A DNA stretch of 15,089 nt from Azolla caroliniana (GCA_043228905.1 JBHGNT010000818.1:1-15089); one strand, 5' to 3'. Shown: positions 1 through 11,343, counted from the stretch's first letter. The notes: generated by a model not told the origin, from the sequence alone. Program-made: numbers and translations.

Positions 1-1035
1 ACAGTGTTGCGAGTTCCCGACTCGAACTGGGTCGGATTGCCGGTCTGAGTATTGTCGAAACTAAGATCGGTGAGTTGTCACATGATACGATGCGCCCGAG
101 TTGAGGAGCCATGTGCTCGATTCCTCAGTCGTAAGCAGAACTTCTGATTCGACTAGGTTCTCTATGGACAGTATGTTCGGGTCGGTCGTCAAAATTTTGG
201 CTGAAGAGCCGATGTAGTTGACCTCCTCATGCCGGCTACTCTTCTGATCCGCTCTCTGAGTTGTGTCGGTTTTTGCTTTGAGTGCCCGACAGTCGGCTTT
301 GATGTGTCCCGGTTTCTTGCAGTAGTTGCAGATTCGGTTGTCCCGGGACTTGCTTCGGCTTCGCTGATTGTTCGGCTGTCGGGAAGAACTTCTTCCCCGG
401 TTGTTCGATTGGTCGGTCAAACCTTGTACTACGTAAGCTTCATCTACCGAGTCTTTGGCGAAAGACTTTCTCTGAGCTGCTTCAGTCAGGATTGCGCTCG
501 TGATTTCAAAGTACTTAATGGCAGTTGTTGAAGCACTGCACACGGTTGTGACAAAAGTTTCCCAAGAAGAGGGGAGACTACTCATGAGTATCATTACTCT
601 GAGTTCATCCTCTATTGTTGTCCCTTGAGATGATATTTGGGAGCTTAGGCTTTCGTACTCGTTGAGGTGTGCTTGAACCAAATCGAATTCTTTCATCTGC
701 AAGTTGTAGAGGCGCCGGATCAGATACATCTTCGTTGCGGCGACCTTCTTTTCATAAGTTTCCGACAGTGTTTTCCAAAGTTCAAAAGTTGTCGAGCATG
801 ATTGCAATGTGAATTACACTAACTCCGACAAGTGCATCCGAATCGTGGCGCGGACGATTCTGTCTAGCTTTAGCCACTCGTTTGCCTTGTATGCTTCTGG
901 AGGATTTTCATTCTCAATTGGGTCTATCTGACCCTTGACTATGAGGTAGTCCTACATTTGTTCCTTCCAGAAGTTGAAGTTCGAACTGTCAAACCTCCTT
1001 AGACTCATCTCTGATGAGCCGGACGTTGATGCCAT
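1..1035 (-). pseudogene. gag-pol: copia gag-protease polyprotein, disrupted by two in-frame TAG stops and a D->N change in the protease active-site motif
   Basis: Translation from ATG 1035 gives MASTSGSSEMSLRRFDSSNFNFWKEQM*DYLIVKGQIDPIE..., in frame with ORF 61..807. It includes the zinc knuckle CNYCKKPGHIKADC and protease motif WLLNSGASYHVT. Stops lie at 954-952 and 63-61, and the frame continues past the second (FRQYSDRQSDPVRVGNSQHC). Confidence 0.93.
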
Positions 1036-1517
1036 CTGATTCGGTTTCGGTTGGTAAGACTCTGTTCGGAGTTGACTAGGAACCTTAGTTGGGTGCAGCC
1101 GGTTGGCTCACCCGATATCGTTCTAGTCGGTCTTGAACCCGAGTCGGTTTGGTTTCGGATACTTGTTTACTGAACCTTCTTGGAGTGACTCCGGTTAGCT
1201 TCCGATTGTATGCCGAATACCGATCACAAGAAAGCGATTGTTTAGGCCAATTCTGCTTTGGATGACTGCAGTGATGAGAGGGTCGGATCCAATTGATCCT
1301 CCCGAATGTTGATCAGCTGAATGAACCACGAATTTGGTTGTTGCATGGAGACCAATCTCGGGTGGTTACAATCATAGGAACAGAGTACAGTCGTCTAGCT
1401 TACTCCAATTAGTGATTCAATACAGTGAGATGCAAACTTCTTGTTTGTCTTCTCTCTTCTCCGTTCTTCAAGAAAAACAAAAACAGGGTGTCGGCAACGG
1501 GTTGAAGAACCTCCAAC

Positions 1518-1529
1518 GCTCTTATACCA
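1518..1529 (-). promoter_or_regulatory. primer-binding site (tRNAi-Met type) of the copia element
   Basis: Minus strand reads TGGTATAAGAGC, one mismatch from the canonical TGGTATCAGAGC, starting 2 nt after the LTR end ...CCCCAACA. Confidence 0.9.
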
Positions 1530-1531
1530 AA

Positions 1532-1828
1532 TGTTGGGGACAAGGTCGTTAGTGTGGAAGAACAAACAACATTTGTGATGTTGAAGGACCTGTGTATGAG
1601 AATGAACAAGATACACAAAGAGAGAGAGAGAGAGAGGCACAGAAACGTTTTATTGCTTAATAGCAACAGTTATAAATGACAACCAACCTCTTACTAAAGG
1701 TTACAAAGTCACTTTATATAGTGACTATCCTAGGGCAACTGCCCTTTATGCTATTTACAGAAATAGCCCAAACTTGGGCTATCCAAAGGGACGGTGTGAA
1801 TACGGCCATTATACACTCGTATTCGACA
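1532..1828 (-). repeat. 5' LTR (~297 bp) of the copia element
   Basis: Minus strand begins TGTCG and ends CAACA next to the PBS. It contains a TATATAAA box (~1713-1720) followed by a CT-rich (CT)n stretch (~1620-1636). The inner end is firm; the outer end at 1828 is inferred from the imperfect terminal inverted repeat. Confidence 0.8.
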
Positions 1829-2531
1829 ATCATCGTCTTTTAGTAAGGTATCGATCTGTAACATCCTTTCATTGGGATTGCCAAACTTCACACTGTCAGT
1901 CTTTGCTCTCATCTCGAAAGTCTAGCAAAACTCATAGCATACGTTCATCATGTTCATTTTTCTTTTTCTTTTTTATGTGATCTATTGGTTCAATTTATCA
2001 AAACTTGTTCAATAAATGTGAGGGAAATAATGTCATATTCTTTGGTTTTTAACAACCCACCTACAATCTAATGTCTTTTTAATTGAGACACTTGATATGT
2101 TTTTTTTATCTAGCCACTGCTTATTTAATTAAGACAAACATATTTCTTAAGTGTTCTAGTGATTGGGTGTACATCGATTGATATTAGTTGAACACAAGAA
2201 GCCCACAAGACTTCCACAATTGTTGGGAGTTAAGAAGTAAGTGTTGTGGTACATTGAAGTATTATGTGGTTTTTAATATCATTGGGGAGTGATGCCCCCA
2301 ATCTCTTGGTTAGCCCACCAAGGAAATGCCAACGTCATGAACATATATTATATATGACATAGTCATAGTAGAGATTTCAAACTATCACGATTTCTTTAAA
2401 GAATACCCGTTATAATATTTATTCTAAGTTTTAATAGATTATCTAGAGTGTGAACATAATATTACTAGATATTTTCGCCAAGCACAAGTTACTACACGAT
2501 GGCCAAATGGCATGCTTATTTGAATGCCAAG

Positions 2532-2807
2532 TGGTATGTTTTGGGTGGGGTGGGTGGGGGTGGGGGGAGGAGAGGATCTTGAATTGGCGTGGTAGTCTAC
2601 AACTGATAACTTTGGTGCTTTGGTCATGGTAAGCCTTCCATGAACCCTCATTATTCACTTCCTGAGCTGGGTGGGCTGGTATGTTTTGGGTGGGCTAGGT
2701 GGGGGTGGGGGAGGAGAGGATCTTGAATTGGCGTGGTAGTCTACAACTGATAACTTTGGTGCTTTGGTCATGGTAAGCCTTCCATGAACCCTCATTATTC
2801 ACTTCCT
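2532..2807. repeat. tandem duplication of ~131 bp with G-tract heads (2532-2663 and 2677-2807)
   Basis: 2568-2663 is identical to 2712-2807. Both copies start TGGTATGTTTTGGGTGGG, with a 13-nt filler at 2664-2676. Confidence 0.95.
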
Positions 2808-2899
2808 TGTCAAGTTTTTCTTAAAGTCAAAGCCTCGATGTTGCTCAATCTCAAAAGTACATAGAATAAAAACTATGCACTCTCTCACATGCTCTTTCT

Positions 2900-4560
2900 A
2901 TCCAAAAGTGGATCATTCTTATATAGCTCTCTTGGATACAAATAAACACTTGCTTTTTACATAGCTAGCTACAACTAGAGCAACCTATAAACAAAACTTA
3001 GCTTCATAGGAAGTTGGCTATGATTGGAGATAGGTACAAACGAAGCTTAACTTCATGTGAAGCTTCATTTTCAAGCCAGAGAAGACGAGTCAAGTGTTGT
3101 GCTCACTAGGGGGCATCATTACGTGAAGGGAGAGGAGTAGACGATGGTGCTTGCAATGGCAATCTTCATTTCAAAGACCATGAGGCCCTTCAACAAGACC
3201 TCACCAACCCCAAGCCTAACATTCACAACTACCTCTCCTTTTAACCACACACATTCTCACTAATTCCTCATATCCTAAAATCATTCTACTTCCCTAAATC
3301 CAACTCCCCAAATCCGAAAGCACATACTCTCTTTTCTTTATTATTTTTTGCGCATAAACTAGACCCACACTTACTTAATTCCTAAAGTACTATACCCTAA
3401 AAACTATGCTCACACCTACAATCCTATATTACATAAAACTATTGGCATGCACCCTTTTCTTTCCAAAGTTCTATACAAATAAAAAACTTAGACACACACC
3501 GATTCCCCCCAAATCCCATACACATAAAACCATATACATACGCTCCTTGTTAAAATTAGCATGCAATCATTCACACACACACAGACACAATATTCATAAA
3601 CATTCATACATTTTTCCTCCCACATACTTACCCACAAATAAACATGTGGACATGGGCATACACACAATCATTCACGAGTATTCACACACAATGCATACAT
3701 ATGTATACATTTCCATCCACACATGGTTGCAAACACATTCATTCATTCATACACGATTATACATGCACACATGCAAATATAAATAAATGTGCCCATACTC
3801 ACATGCATAGTAGTCGAGCACAAGCTCTAGGGAGCGATTATTGTAGGACATTTTCTCTTGGTTTAACGCCCTCGTGTTTCTATTCATTTCACATGGAATA
3901 GTGTGATAATTTCTCTTAAATAATATGTAACAATAGTCTAACTACATGCATTACGAAAAAGTTGAAAACCAACCCGGCATGCGAAGATGTGACACACAAC
4001 TTTTCAAATTCAACCTCGTGAAATCTGACAAGCTTAACTAGAAAACGCTCCAACTTAGCGAATGCAATGCTACAAAAGTGAGGAAGTTATTCACTAACTT
4101 CATTAGACATGTGTGGCTATGGAATGAATATTGTTCACTTGGAACTCCTTGAAGATTGATTATAATGATGATGTTGGTACATCAAAACATGAGTTTAGTA
4201 TGGGGGTATTACAAGTGATGACCAGAATGTGGAGCAAGAACAATTCTTCAAGAAACAATGCATCCTCGATATATGAGGTACTAGTGTCCTAAGAATAGCC
4301 TCATTCCAAGGAAGTAGACCAAGTCATGGAGGACCTAAGAAGGATGTTATCAATCAAAAGAGGGCTTCATCAATTAAAAAAGGAGCAATATTGACAACAA
4401 AGAAGGTGAGCATTGTCAATCATTGGCCCTAAACTATAAATAAAAGCTTATACGATAGCATAACTTATCAGCAATAAGGTATTTTCCATCACTTTGAGTG
4501 TGCACTCCCTTTTTCACTTTTGCTCTCAACTTTCACTCATGTTGTTTTCAATAAAAACAT
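2900..4560. mobile_element. probable degraded LTR-retrotransposon (Ty3/gypsy-like) remnants
   Basis: GGGGGTATTACA at 4202-4213 is the reverse complement of TGTAATACCCCC, a typical gypsy LTR terminus. There is a CA-rich low-complexity tract at 3490-3810 and an LTR-like TATA / CT-rich / AATAAA arrangement at 4434-4556. No partner terminus or coding domain was found, and boundaries are approximate. Confidence 0.35.
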
Positions 4561-5336
4561 CCTAGTTTACAAAGGCACTTTATCTTAATATAGGCAATCA
4601 ACTATTGTACAACACAATTGACGAGGAAGACCTTTATTATAGAGCATTCCATACACAGAGGAAGAATAAGAACATGACAAACAACATGAACAATACAAGA
4701 GATAATGCATTACATGCTACAAAACATTGCAAAAGCATTGCCTTCATGCCTAGAAGACAATTAAAAAACAAAAAAAGAAAGATCTCATGCTCGAAATTGA
4801 GCAAGTGCTAAACTCCAAGTAAATGAGTAGTGCACACGAGTTAAATATATGAACGCAATGCAATTTGTGGGCTTGTTTGCTGGTAACAATTCTAGCCAAC
4901 CACGTGTTCCCTAGATGAACACACCAATTTGTTTACCCGCCTTTGTTTTTCCTCTGATGGTTAACTGCCCCACATGAAGCTTCTTCCTTGTTGTTGTAGT
5001 TAGCTTCATAATCTTGTTTCGTGTGTCCTTGTGACACGCTTGTCCTACCCTTTCGATCCTCCACATGGCTCATGCCTAGAGGCTAGTACTACTACATTAT
5101 CTCATGTGAGTGTCCCACATAATGATGACATTTGTGTGTGTGATGAGGTTTCGGTCGATCTGTCCGAACGATGCTTTATGTACAGGGTGACATGATTGAA
5201 GCCGCAAAAGGTTCATCAAATATATGGAATGCAATCCGATGGTGTGGTGGTGAAGGGACATAGGGATCGCCCGAGACACTTGGTTGGCTTCACACACGAT
5301 GGGCCAAGTGAGAGAGAACCTTTTGCGCGAGGGTTG

Positions 5337-5750
5337 GGTACTAACACTTGTGACTTACCTCTTTGTTTCTCCCTGATTTATAAGGTACTAAGCTAGGAAT
5401 CGGCAACGGCTCGGCTGAAGCCAGAACCGAGCCGTTAAACTGTTGTAAAACGGTTTGGCGGTTAGGAGTTCGGCTCGGTTTAGCCGTGAGCCTCCTTAAC
5501 CGGTTTTTGTTTGGTTTGGCTATGCTCACTTATCTCTGTTAGGCACTAATACTTCTCTACGTTTCTCTCGTACGTATTTATTTAGGTACTAAGTTAGTAT
5601 CTAGGAAACGGAAACAGCTCGGCTGAAGCCTGAACCGAGCCGTTAAACCGTATTAAACGGTTTGGCGGGGTCAGGAGTTCGGCTCAGTTTGGGCTTGAGC
5701 ATCCTTAACCGGTTTTCGATCGGTTTGGCTATGCTCACTTTATCTCTGTT
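5337..5750. repeat. diverged tandem duplication of a ~205 bp palindrome-rich unit just upstream of the PAM71 start (5337-5540, 5542-5750)
   Basis: Both units read ...AGGTACTAAG...GCTCGGCTGAAGCC(A/T)GAACCGAGCCGTTAAAC...AAACGGTTTGGCG...AGGAGTTCGGCTC...CCTTAACCGGTTTT...GGTTTGGCTATGCTCACTT(T)ATCTCTGTT. Confidence 0.92.
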
Positions 5751-5791
5751 TCCCTCTGTTTTTCTCTGTTTCTCTACACTCGTGGCTCCGG

Positions 5792-8700
5792 ATGATGCAG
5801 CCAATGGCGTCCCATCGGCTCCTGCATCACCATCACCATCACCATCACCATCATCTTCTCCTCGCACCCTCTGTTCCTTCTCCCACAATCTCTGCTTCCT
5901 CCTCCCCTTACCTCTGGGCTTGGGCCCCCCTCTCCCCTCTCCCCTCCCTCCTCCCTCGCACTACTTTGCCGGCGTGGGCGCCCAAGAAGCAGCTCGATTC
6001 CATTGCTCTCTCGCGTGCCTCTAGATTCGACCAACATGGACCCTTCACCAATTTCCCTCTTGTAAAAAGAGATTATGGTAACAGTCTCTCGCTCTTTATT
6101 CTCAATGCACGTCCTTGTAGGAACTCAGCTAGGAGATTGAGAAGGACGCAGTCGTAGAAATAAAGAAATGCGTCATTGATACACAAAGAAATGTAGAAAA
6201 AGAAAGCCTATGAGATTTAGTGCCCATACATACATACATACATACATACATACATACATACATACATACATACATACATACATACATACATACATTCATT
6301 AATTCATACATACATACATACATTCATTCATACATACATACATACATACATACATACACACACATATGTATGTATGTATATATTCATGTCAATTTTTGTG
6401 CTATCCGTACTTAGAACGAGAGAAATTTTATTTGTTAATTTTGGAAAATTTCCCCATCAATTCATGTATGCTTTTGGAAATGTGGCTTACACTATTAGAT
6501 GGAATATGTGAAATAGGGGAAGAAGATCAGGGAAAAAAAGTTATGACGAATCATTATTTGGTGGTTGATTCATCAAAACCTCACTGTGTGCGAACTGATC
6601 AGCAAGAAAACATTGATTACAATGTAACCTCATTGCGAAATATATCTCATTTGACACTAGCTATCCTTGTAACTGGATTGATTTCATGTCCACATGCATG
6701 GGCGAGTACAGACGTAGCGAGTCTCCAAGAAGTTGGAAGTTGGATTGATGACCTTGATGGTATAAAGAATGGGTTTATTTCTGTGAGTAATGTCCATTGA
6801 TATAATTTTTATATGTTAAGAGTGTCTCTTCATCATTTGGAATTGCCTCAATGGATTCTTCTTGTTTGTCTGGATGCTGGATTCAGGCTTTCTTGCTCAT
6901 ATTCTTCTCAGAGATAGGAGACAAGACATTCTTCATTGCGGTATGCTCTTCTATATGTTTTGTTTGCTTAAGTGCAGTCAAATTTTCATTTTTGGACGTC
7001 AAAATACATGTGAATTTGAATCGGAAAGAAATGAAGATGTTCATCTCTAATTCAATGATATAGCAGACTATGGCAGCATTTATATCTCGTGCAGAGTGAG
7101 TATACGCTATCTTAGTCCAAATCAGGGTTATACCCTATCTGGTAAGACATTTTTATTAACCCATGGAGTTGGGCTCAAATCCCACCACTTTACTTGATGT
7201 CCGTACAGAATGTAGGTGGGGTTGAACACATGACCTTCTGGTGTCTGCCAGTCAATCTTCCACTGACCTAAGCCCATTCTGTCTGACTGAACTCTATATC
7301 CAACAATGTCTTCATATTGTCTCAGAGATATGAGCATTTATGCCAAAGATAAAACACAACCAGGGTAAGAGGCAAGATAGTGTTTTGAAGAGGAATCAAG
7401 AGTCGTGATACTTGGCATGCACATTGCACAAGATGTGGCATCCATGGGAGCAACTCAAAGCTCATAGTATGTAACTGTAATGAGTCATTATGATTGGACC
7501 TGGTGAGTGAGCCTTTTGAAGATAGAGACATGGTTTCCGTGGGTCAACTTGCAGAAGGATTATTGACACATCCAAGGAAACAACATAAACTGTCTTCGGA
7601 TCTTGTAGTGGCACACTTGGAGGTTTAGTCATTATTGTGTTTTCAATAATAGACTAGATACTTGGTAGTCCTTTTCTGAAAGTGTCTCAGTACACGCATA
7701 GTCAGAAGTGATGTAGGGATCCAGGTTCTATTGGTGTGGTATGGTATGATAGATAAAGTCAGCAAGTTTGAAAGTAGAAGTAGGATAAAAAATAGTGATA
7801 CTCAATGTGTTCACCATATGATGGTGCAGGATCTCTAAGACCAACTTGAAATCGCAACATCGGACTGTAGTGGGTCATTATAGTTGCATGTGGGATCCTC
7901 TGAGAATTGCTTCAAATGTAGAGATGTTAGCGTCTATGCAAATACGCAACATGTATCCTTTTATGAGAGGGAGAAAGATACACATGGTTGTGAACTTGCA
8001 ACAGAAGATAAGTGATAGCCACCAGGTACATAGTGGTTCTCTTTCGTGTGTGAAAGGATTTTTAATAGACTTTTAGATCAAAAACATGTTGTCATAAGGG
8101 GAGTAGGATTAAAGATCCATTGGTATGGGAGTGATTTTCAAAGAAGAGCTACAAACTCTTTTGGTAGAGCACGCACAGGGTATGGAAGATACCTATTGGA
8201 GATGGGATCAACTTATAAGCACATTGACTGGCCATTTTGAGGCAGTGGATTTACTTTCTCGCCAGATAGGCATGTTGCTAGCTGAGTGGATGATGTATAT
8301 ATCAGAATAATAGATGTGTGTTGTAAGTTAGAATGTTGAATGCCAGACACAAGCAGAGGAGCACTATGTGAAGAAATTTTAATTAGGTTTGTCAAGCTGT
8401 ATGGCTTAATGCATAGCTTTCCATAGGAATTAAACATCTTGATTGGGTATAGGGAAGCTCTTCATGTGTTATTAATGTACATTCTTGAAACAAGAAGCAT
8501 TGGTTATTTATTCCTGGGCATTTTTGCTTCTATATTTATTTTAAGCATCAGATGTATGATGCAAATATATTAGAAATCCTCAGGTTAGTGATTGTGAACT
8601 TTCTTCTGCTATTTATGACAATGATATGCAGGCTCTCCTTGCATCAAGGAAGTCCAATGTAGCTGTTTTTATTGGCACCTTCGGCGCACTCGTGTAGGCT

Positions 8701-11343
8701 TCTTGAGGCTTTGTGCAAGCTTCCTTTGTGATATCTTTCTTTAATAATTTTAAAAGCAATAAATGAAAGTCTTACCATGGATTATAATGTGACAACTTTG
8801 GACTTGCAGTGTGATGACATTTATATCTGTATTTTTGGGACGGACATTCCATTACATAGATGAAATATTGCCCTTGAGGTGGTAGAATTCGCATTTATCT
8901 CTTTTATAATAGTAATCCAAATGGAGCAACATGATGTTATGAAGTTTGTTTTGATTGGGGCTGTATGTTGAACATGTAAATAAACTCTTTCAATGAAAAC
9001 TCATCTAGCTGTTATTCTTGCATATTGTTTTCAGCTTAGGAGAAAATGAGCTACCCCTTGATGATCTAGCTGCTGCCATTCTTCTGGTAAAGGAAGACAC
9101 TTCTCATTTCACTTTCAGCCCTCTTTTCTCACGGCTCAAATAAAAGCATTAGTTTTTTAGTACAACTAGTTTGAGTGACCTTTTTCTTTGAATGCATAGT
9201 GACTGTTGCTAATGTTGAACTTTTTTTTAATGATCTCTAATGTTGGTATTAAAGCTATATTTTGGTGCGTCAACTCTTCTTGATGCAACAACCATGGAAG
9301 GATCGAAAGCTGAAGAAGAACAGCAAGAGGTAACATTAACTGCATTGTGACTCACTTCCTTTGTTGGCTTACTTGCCATGTGCCTGTATATGTCTTCTAA
9401 AACAGCTGATGGACTGACTCTGACTGTGTTTTCCTGATCTTACCCTACTATGCTCTTCAGACAGTAGTGAAGTATAACACTTTCAGTAGCAAGGTGTCTA
9501 CTCAATAAGTCTCATTGAAGCGAACCAATCCATCATAAGACTATGAACTATGTAGGCACCACCATCAAATAGGCAATAATATGATAGAATATAAATATGA
9601 ATGCACTCTAATAGGTTCCATGATCCACTTTCTATATTGTATTGAAAAGCAGGGTAGAAATTCTATTTCCCATGTAGAGAAGTTTGGAAATTCTGACAAA
9701 ATGAAACTGCGAATTTATGACATATTAAAGCGTTGTAGGTGTCTATTAATTCTTTTTATTGTGTTCCTCTGCACTTGCCCCCACAAAGTTGATAACGTCA
9801 ATGGCGACAAATGTCCAATTATGCATTATATCAAAACAATGTGTTTGAGTTTGTGTTTGTTTTAGGCAGAGATTGCTGTTGCAGGGCTAAGCGGCAATGG
9901 ACAAGGATCAGCTATTATTAGTACTGGGCTGGCCACATTTGCTCTTGTTTTTGTGGCTGAATGGGGTGACAAATCATTCTTCTCCACTATTGGTGTGTGT
10001 TCCTGCTGCTGCCTGCTTTTTTCCTTGTTTTTTTCTTCAAGATGTCGTCAGGATGTCCGTTTTCTTTCTAATGGGTCATTATTGATTTCTTAATAGATGG
10101 TAGGTTGCACAAGGTTTAGGAAACTGTTATTTCATTCGTTCTGTATAATTTCGCTTCCATTTTTGTGTCTGCATGCATTAGTTATACAAATCTGTTATAC
10201 AACGTAGAACACTGAACCAAACTGGGGCAAACACATAATCTAGGTATGTAACGTTTGAATATAGTATAATTTGCAGTTCATGGTGATAACAAATGGTCTC
10301 CATAGCCCTTCTCATGGAGTGCTGTGGCCTTACCCTTTGTTTTGATTTGCAGGTTGAGAATCATGTGTTCATTTACAAAGTTGTATTTTCATTGTTACAT
10401 TGAACTATTACATTATTTAAATGAAATAATTCTTCAATAAAGATATTAGCATCATATCTCCATGATTGCTTTTACATTTAGTACTTTTCAACATCTTGAA
10501 AAGAGGGAAGTGTTTTTGCTCAGGAGGAACAATTGAAATGAATTATTGTTTGTTATTTGTTGGCTAGCTCTCTCTGCTGCTTCATCACCATTTGGAGTGG
10601 TTTCCGGTGCTGTCGTTGGACACGGTTTTGCAACTCTGGTGAGAAAAAATGGATGCTTTTGGTTTATACATTTTTATAAGATGCAGTTGATCACTTCTGT
10701 AATAGATTTTCTCTTTGTCTTGTTGTGCTTTCAGCTAGCTGTTCTTGGAGGTTCTTTTCTGTCGACATACATTTCAGAGAAAGTGCGTACTCTATACTTT
10801 GCTTTTTAGCAGACATTTTTACATTCAAGATTGCCTGCTCACACAATTAAAAACTAAATCAGCATGTTCAAACTTTTTTTTCTGAAAGTTGTATTGCATA
10901 GTTCAGCTGGCATTGAGAGCTTAATAGATTTTCCTGTTAAAGATGATCATGTGCGCATGTGAAAAAAGAATCCCGTCTATTCGATTTCTTGTCCTTACAC
11001 ATGTCACATATGTAGAGTACAAAGTTACACATGTTCCCAGTTATTGAGACTGAAGTTTCTTTGGTTTTTGTCTACTTTTTAGCTTTATATGCATGTGTGT
11101 CAATCCTATATAGTTCATGAGAAGATGCACATCTCACCACTTATAGAGGCCAAAGTTCCTATGGTTTATGACCCATTCACTTGTTAGCTTACGTATTATG
11201 TATATTGATGGTATGTATGGCATGAGAGGATCACCACTAAATTTATGCTTCCATGCGTTCATCTTTCTCAGGTAATAGCCTACATAGGAGGAGTTTTGTT
11301 TCTTGTATTCGCAGCGTTCACATTATTTGAGACATTCAGCTGA
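5792..11343 (+). CDS. PAM71: GDT1-like / UPF0016 family chloroplast (thylakoid) Mn2+/Ca2+ transporter, PAM71 (BICAT1/CCHA1) orthologue; 11 exons, 399 aa
   Basis: Exons: 5792-6077, 6499-6782, 6887-6940, 8632-8693, 8810-8878, 9035-9086, 9255-9329, 9866-9992, 10568-10638, 10735-10782, 11272-11343. All introns are GT-AG, phases are consistent, and the total is 1200 nt ending in TGA. Both family motifs are present (FFSEIGDKTFFIA, FVAEWGDKSFFSTI), with PAM71-type segments GRTFHYIDEILP, LPLDDLAA, KAEEEQQEAEIAV and ISEKVIAYIGGVLFLVFA. The start codon and the exon 1-2 junction (transit peptide) are less certain than exons 3-11. Confidence 0.93.
6225..6378. repeat. (CATA)n microsatellite in PAM71 intron 1, followed by a short inverted (TATG)n
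   Basis: Pure CATA run at 6225-6294, interrupted copies to ~6357, then TATGTATGTATGTA at 6365-6378. Confidence 0.97.

Larger units (their letters stand above)
1..1828 (-). mobile_element. Ty1/copia LTR retrotransposon, 5' portion (LTR, PBS, leader, gag, start of protease); continues beyond the left edge of the window
   Basis: Order on the minus strand is LTR (1828-1532), PBS (1529-1518), ~480 nt leader, then the gag-pol frame from ATG 1035. The frame has copia gag motifs (FDSSNFNFWK, ILMSSLPSSWETFVT), a CCHC knuckle and WLL(N)SGASYHVT. Confidence 0.95.

Noticed and set aside
229-531. 100-aa plus-strand ORF
   Set aside because: Antisense shadow of the copia gag frame; no independent features.
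3406-3901. His/Thr-rich ORFs of 126 and 85 aa
   Set aside because: Translation of CA/CATA-rich low-complexity DNA.
5643-6037. Overlapping ORFs (81, 120 and 87 aa) around PAM71 exon 1
   Set aside because: Stop-poor GC-rich, repeat-containing sequence. Only the 5792 frame has a real ATG and splices in phase to the conserved exons.
6121-6213. Possible extra exon in intron 1 (EIEKDAVVEIKK...)
   Set aside because: The acceptor at 6120 would give a 43-nt intron and stops in all three frames. Direct 6077->6499 splicing is already in frame.
6129-6414. MYVC/HTYI repeat ORFs
   Set aside because: Artefacts of the (CATA)n microsatellite.
7108-7140. Helitron-like 3' end (short hairpin AGGGT/ACCCT then CTAA on the minus strand)
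   Set aside because: The stem is too short and there is no matching 5' end or insertion-site evidence.
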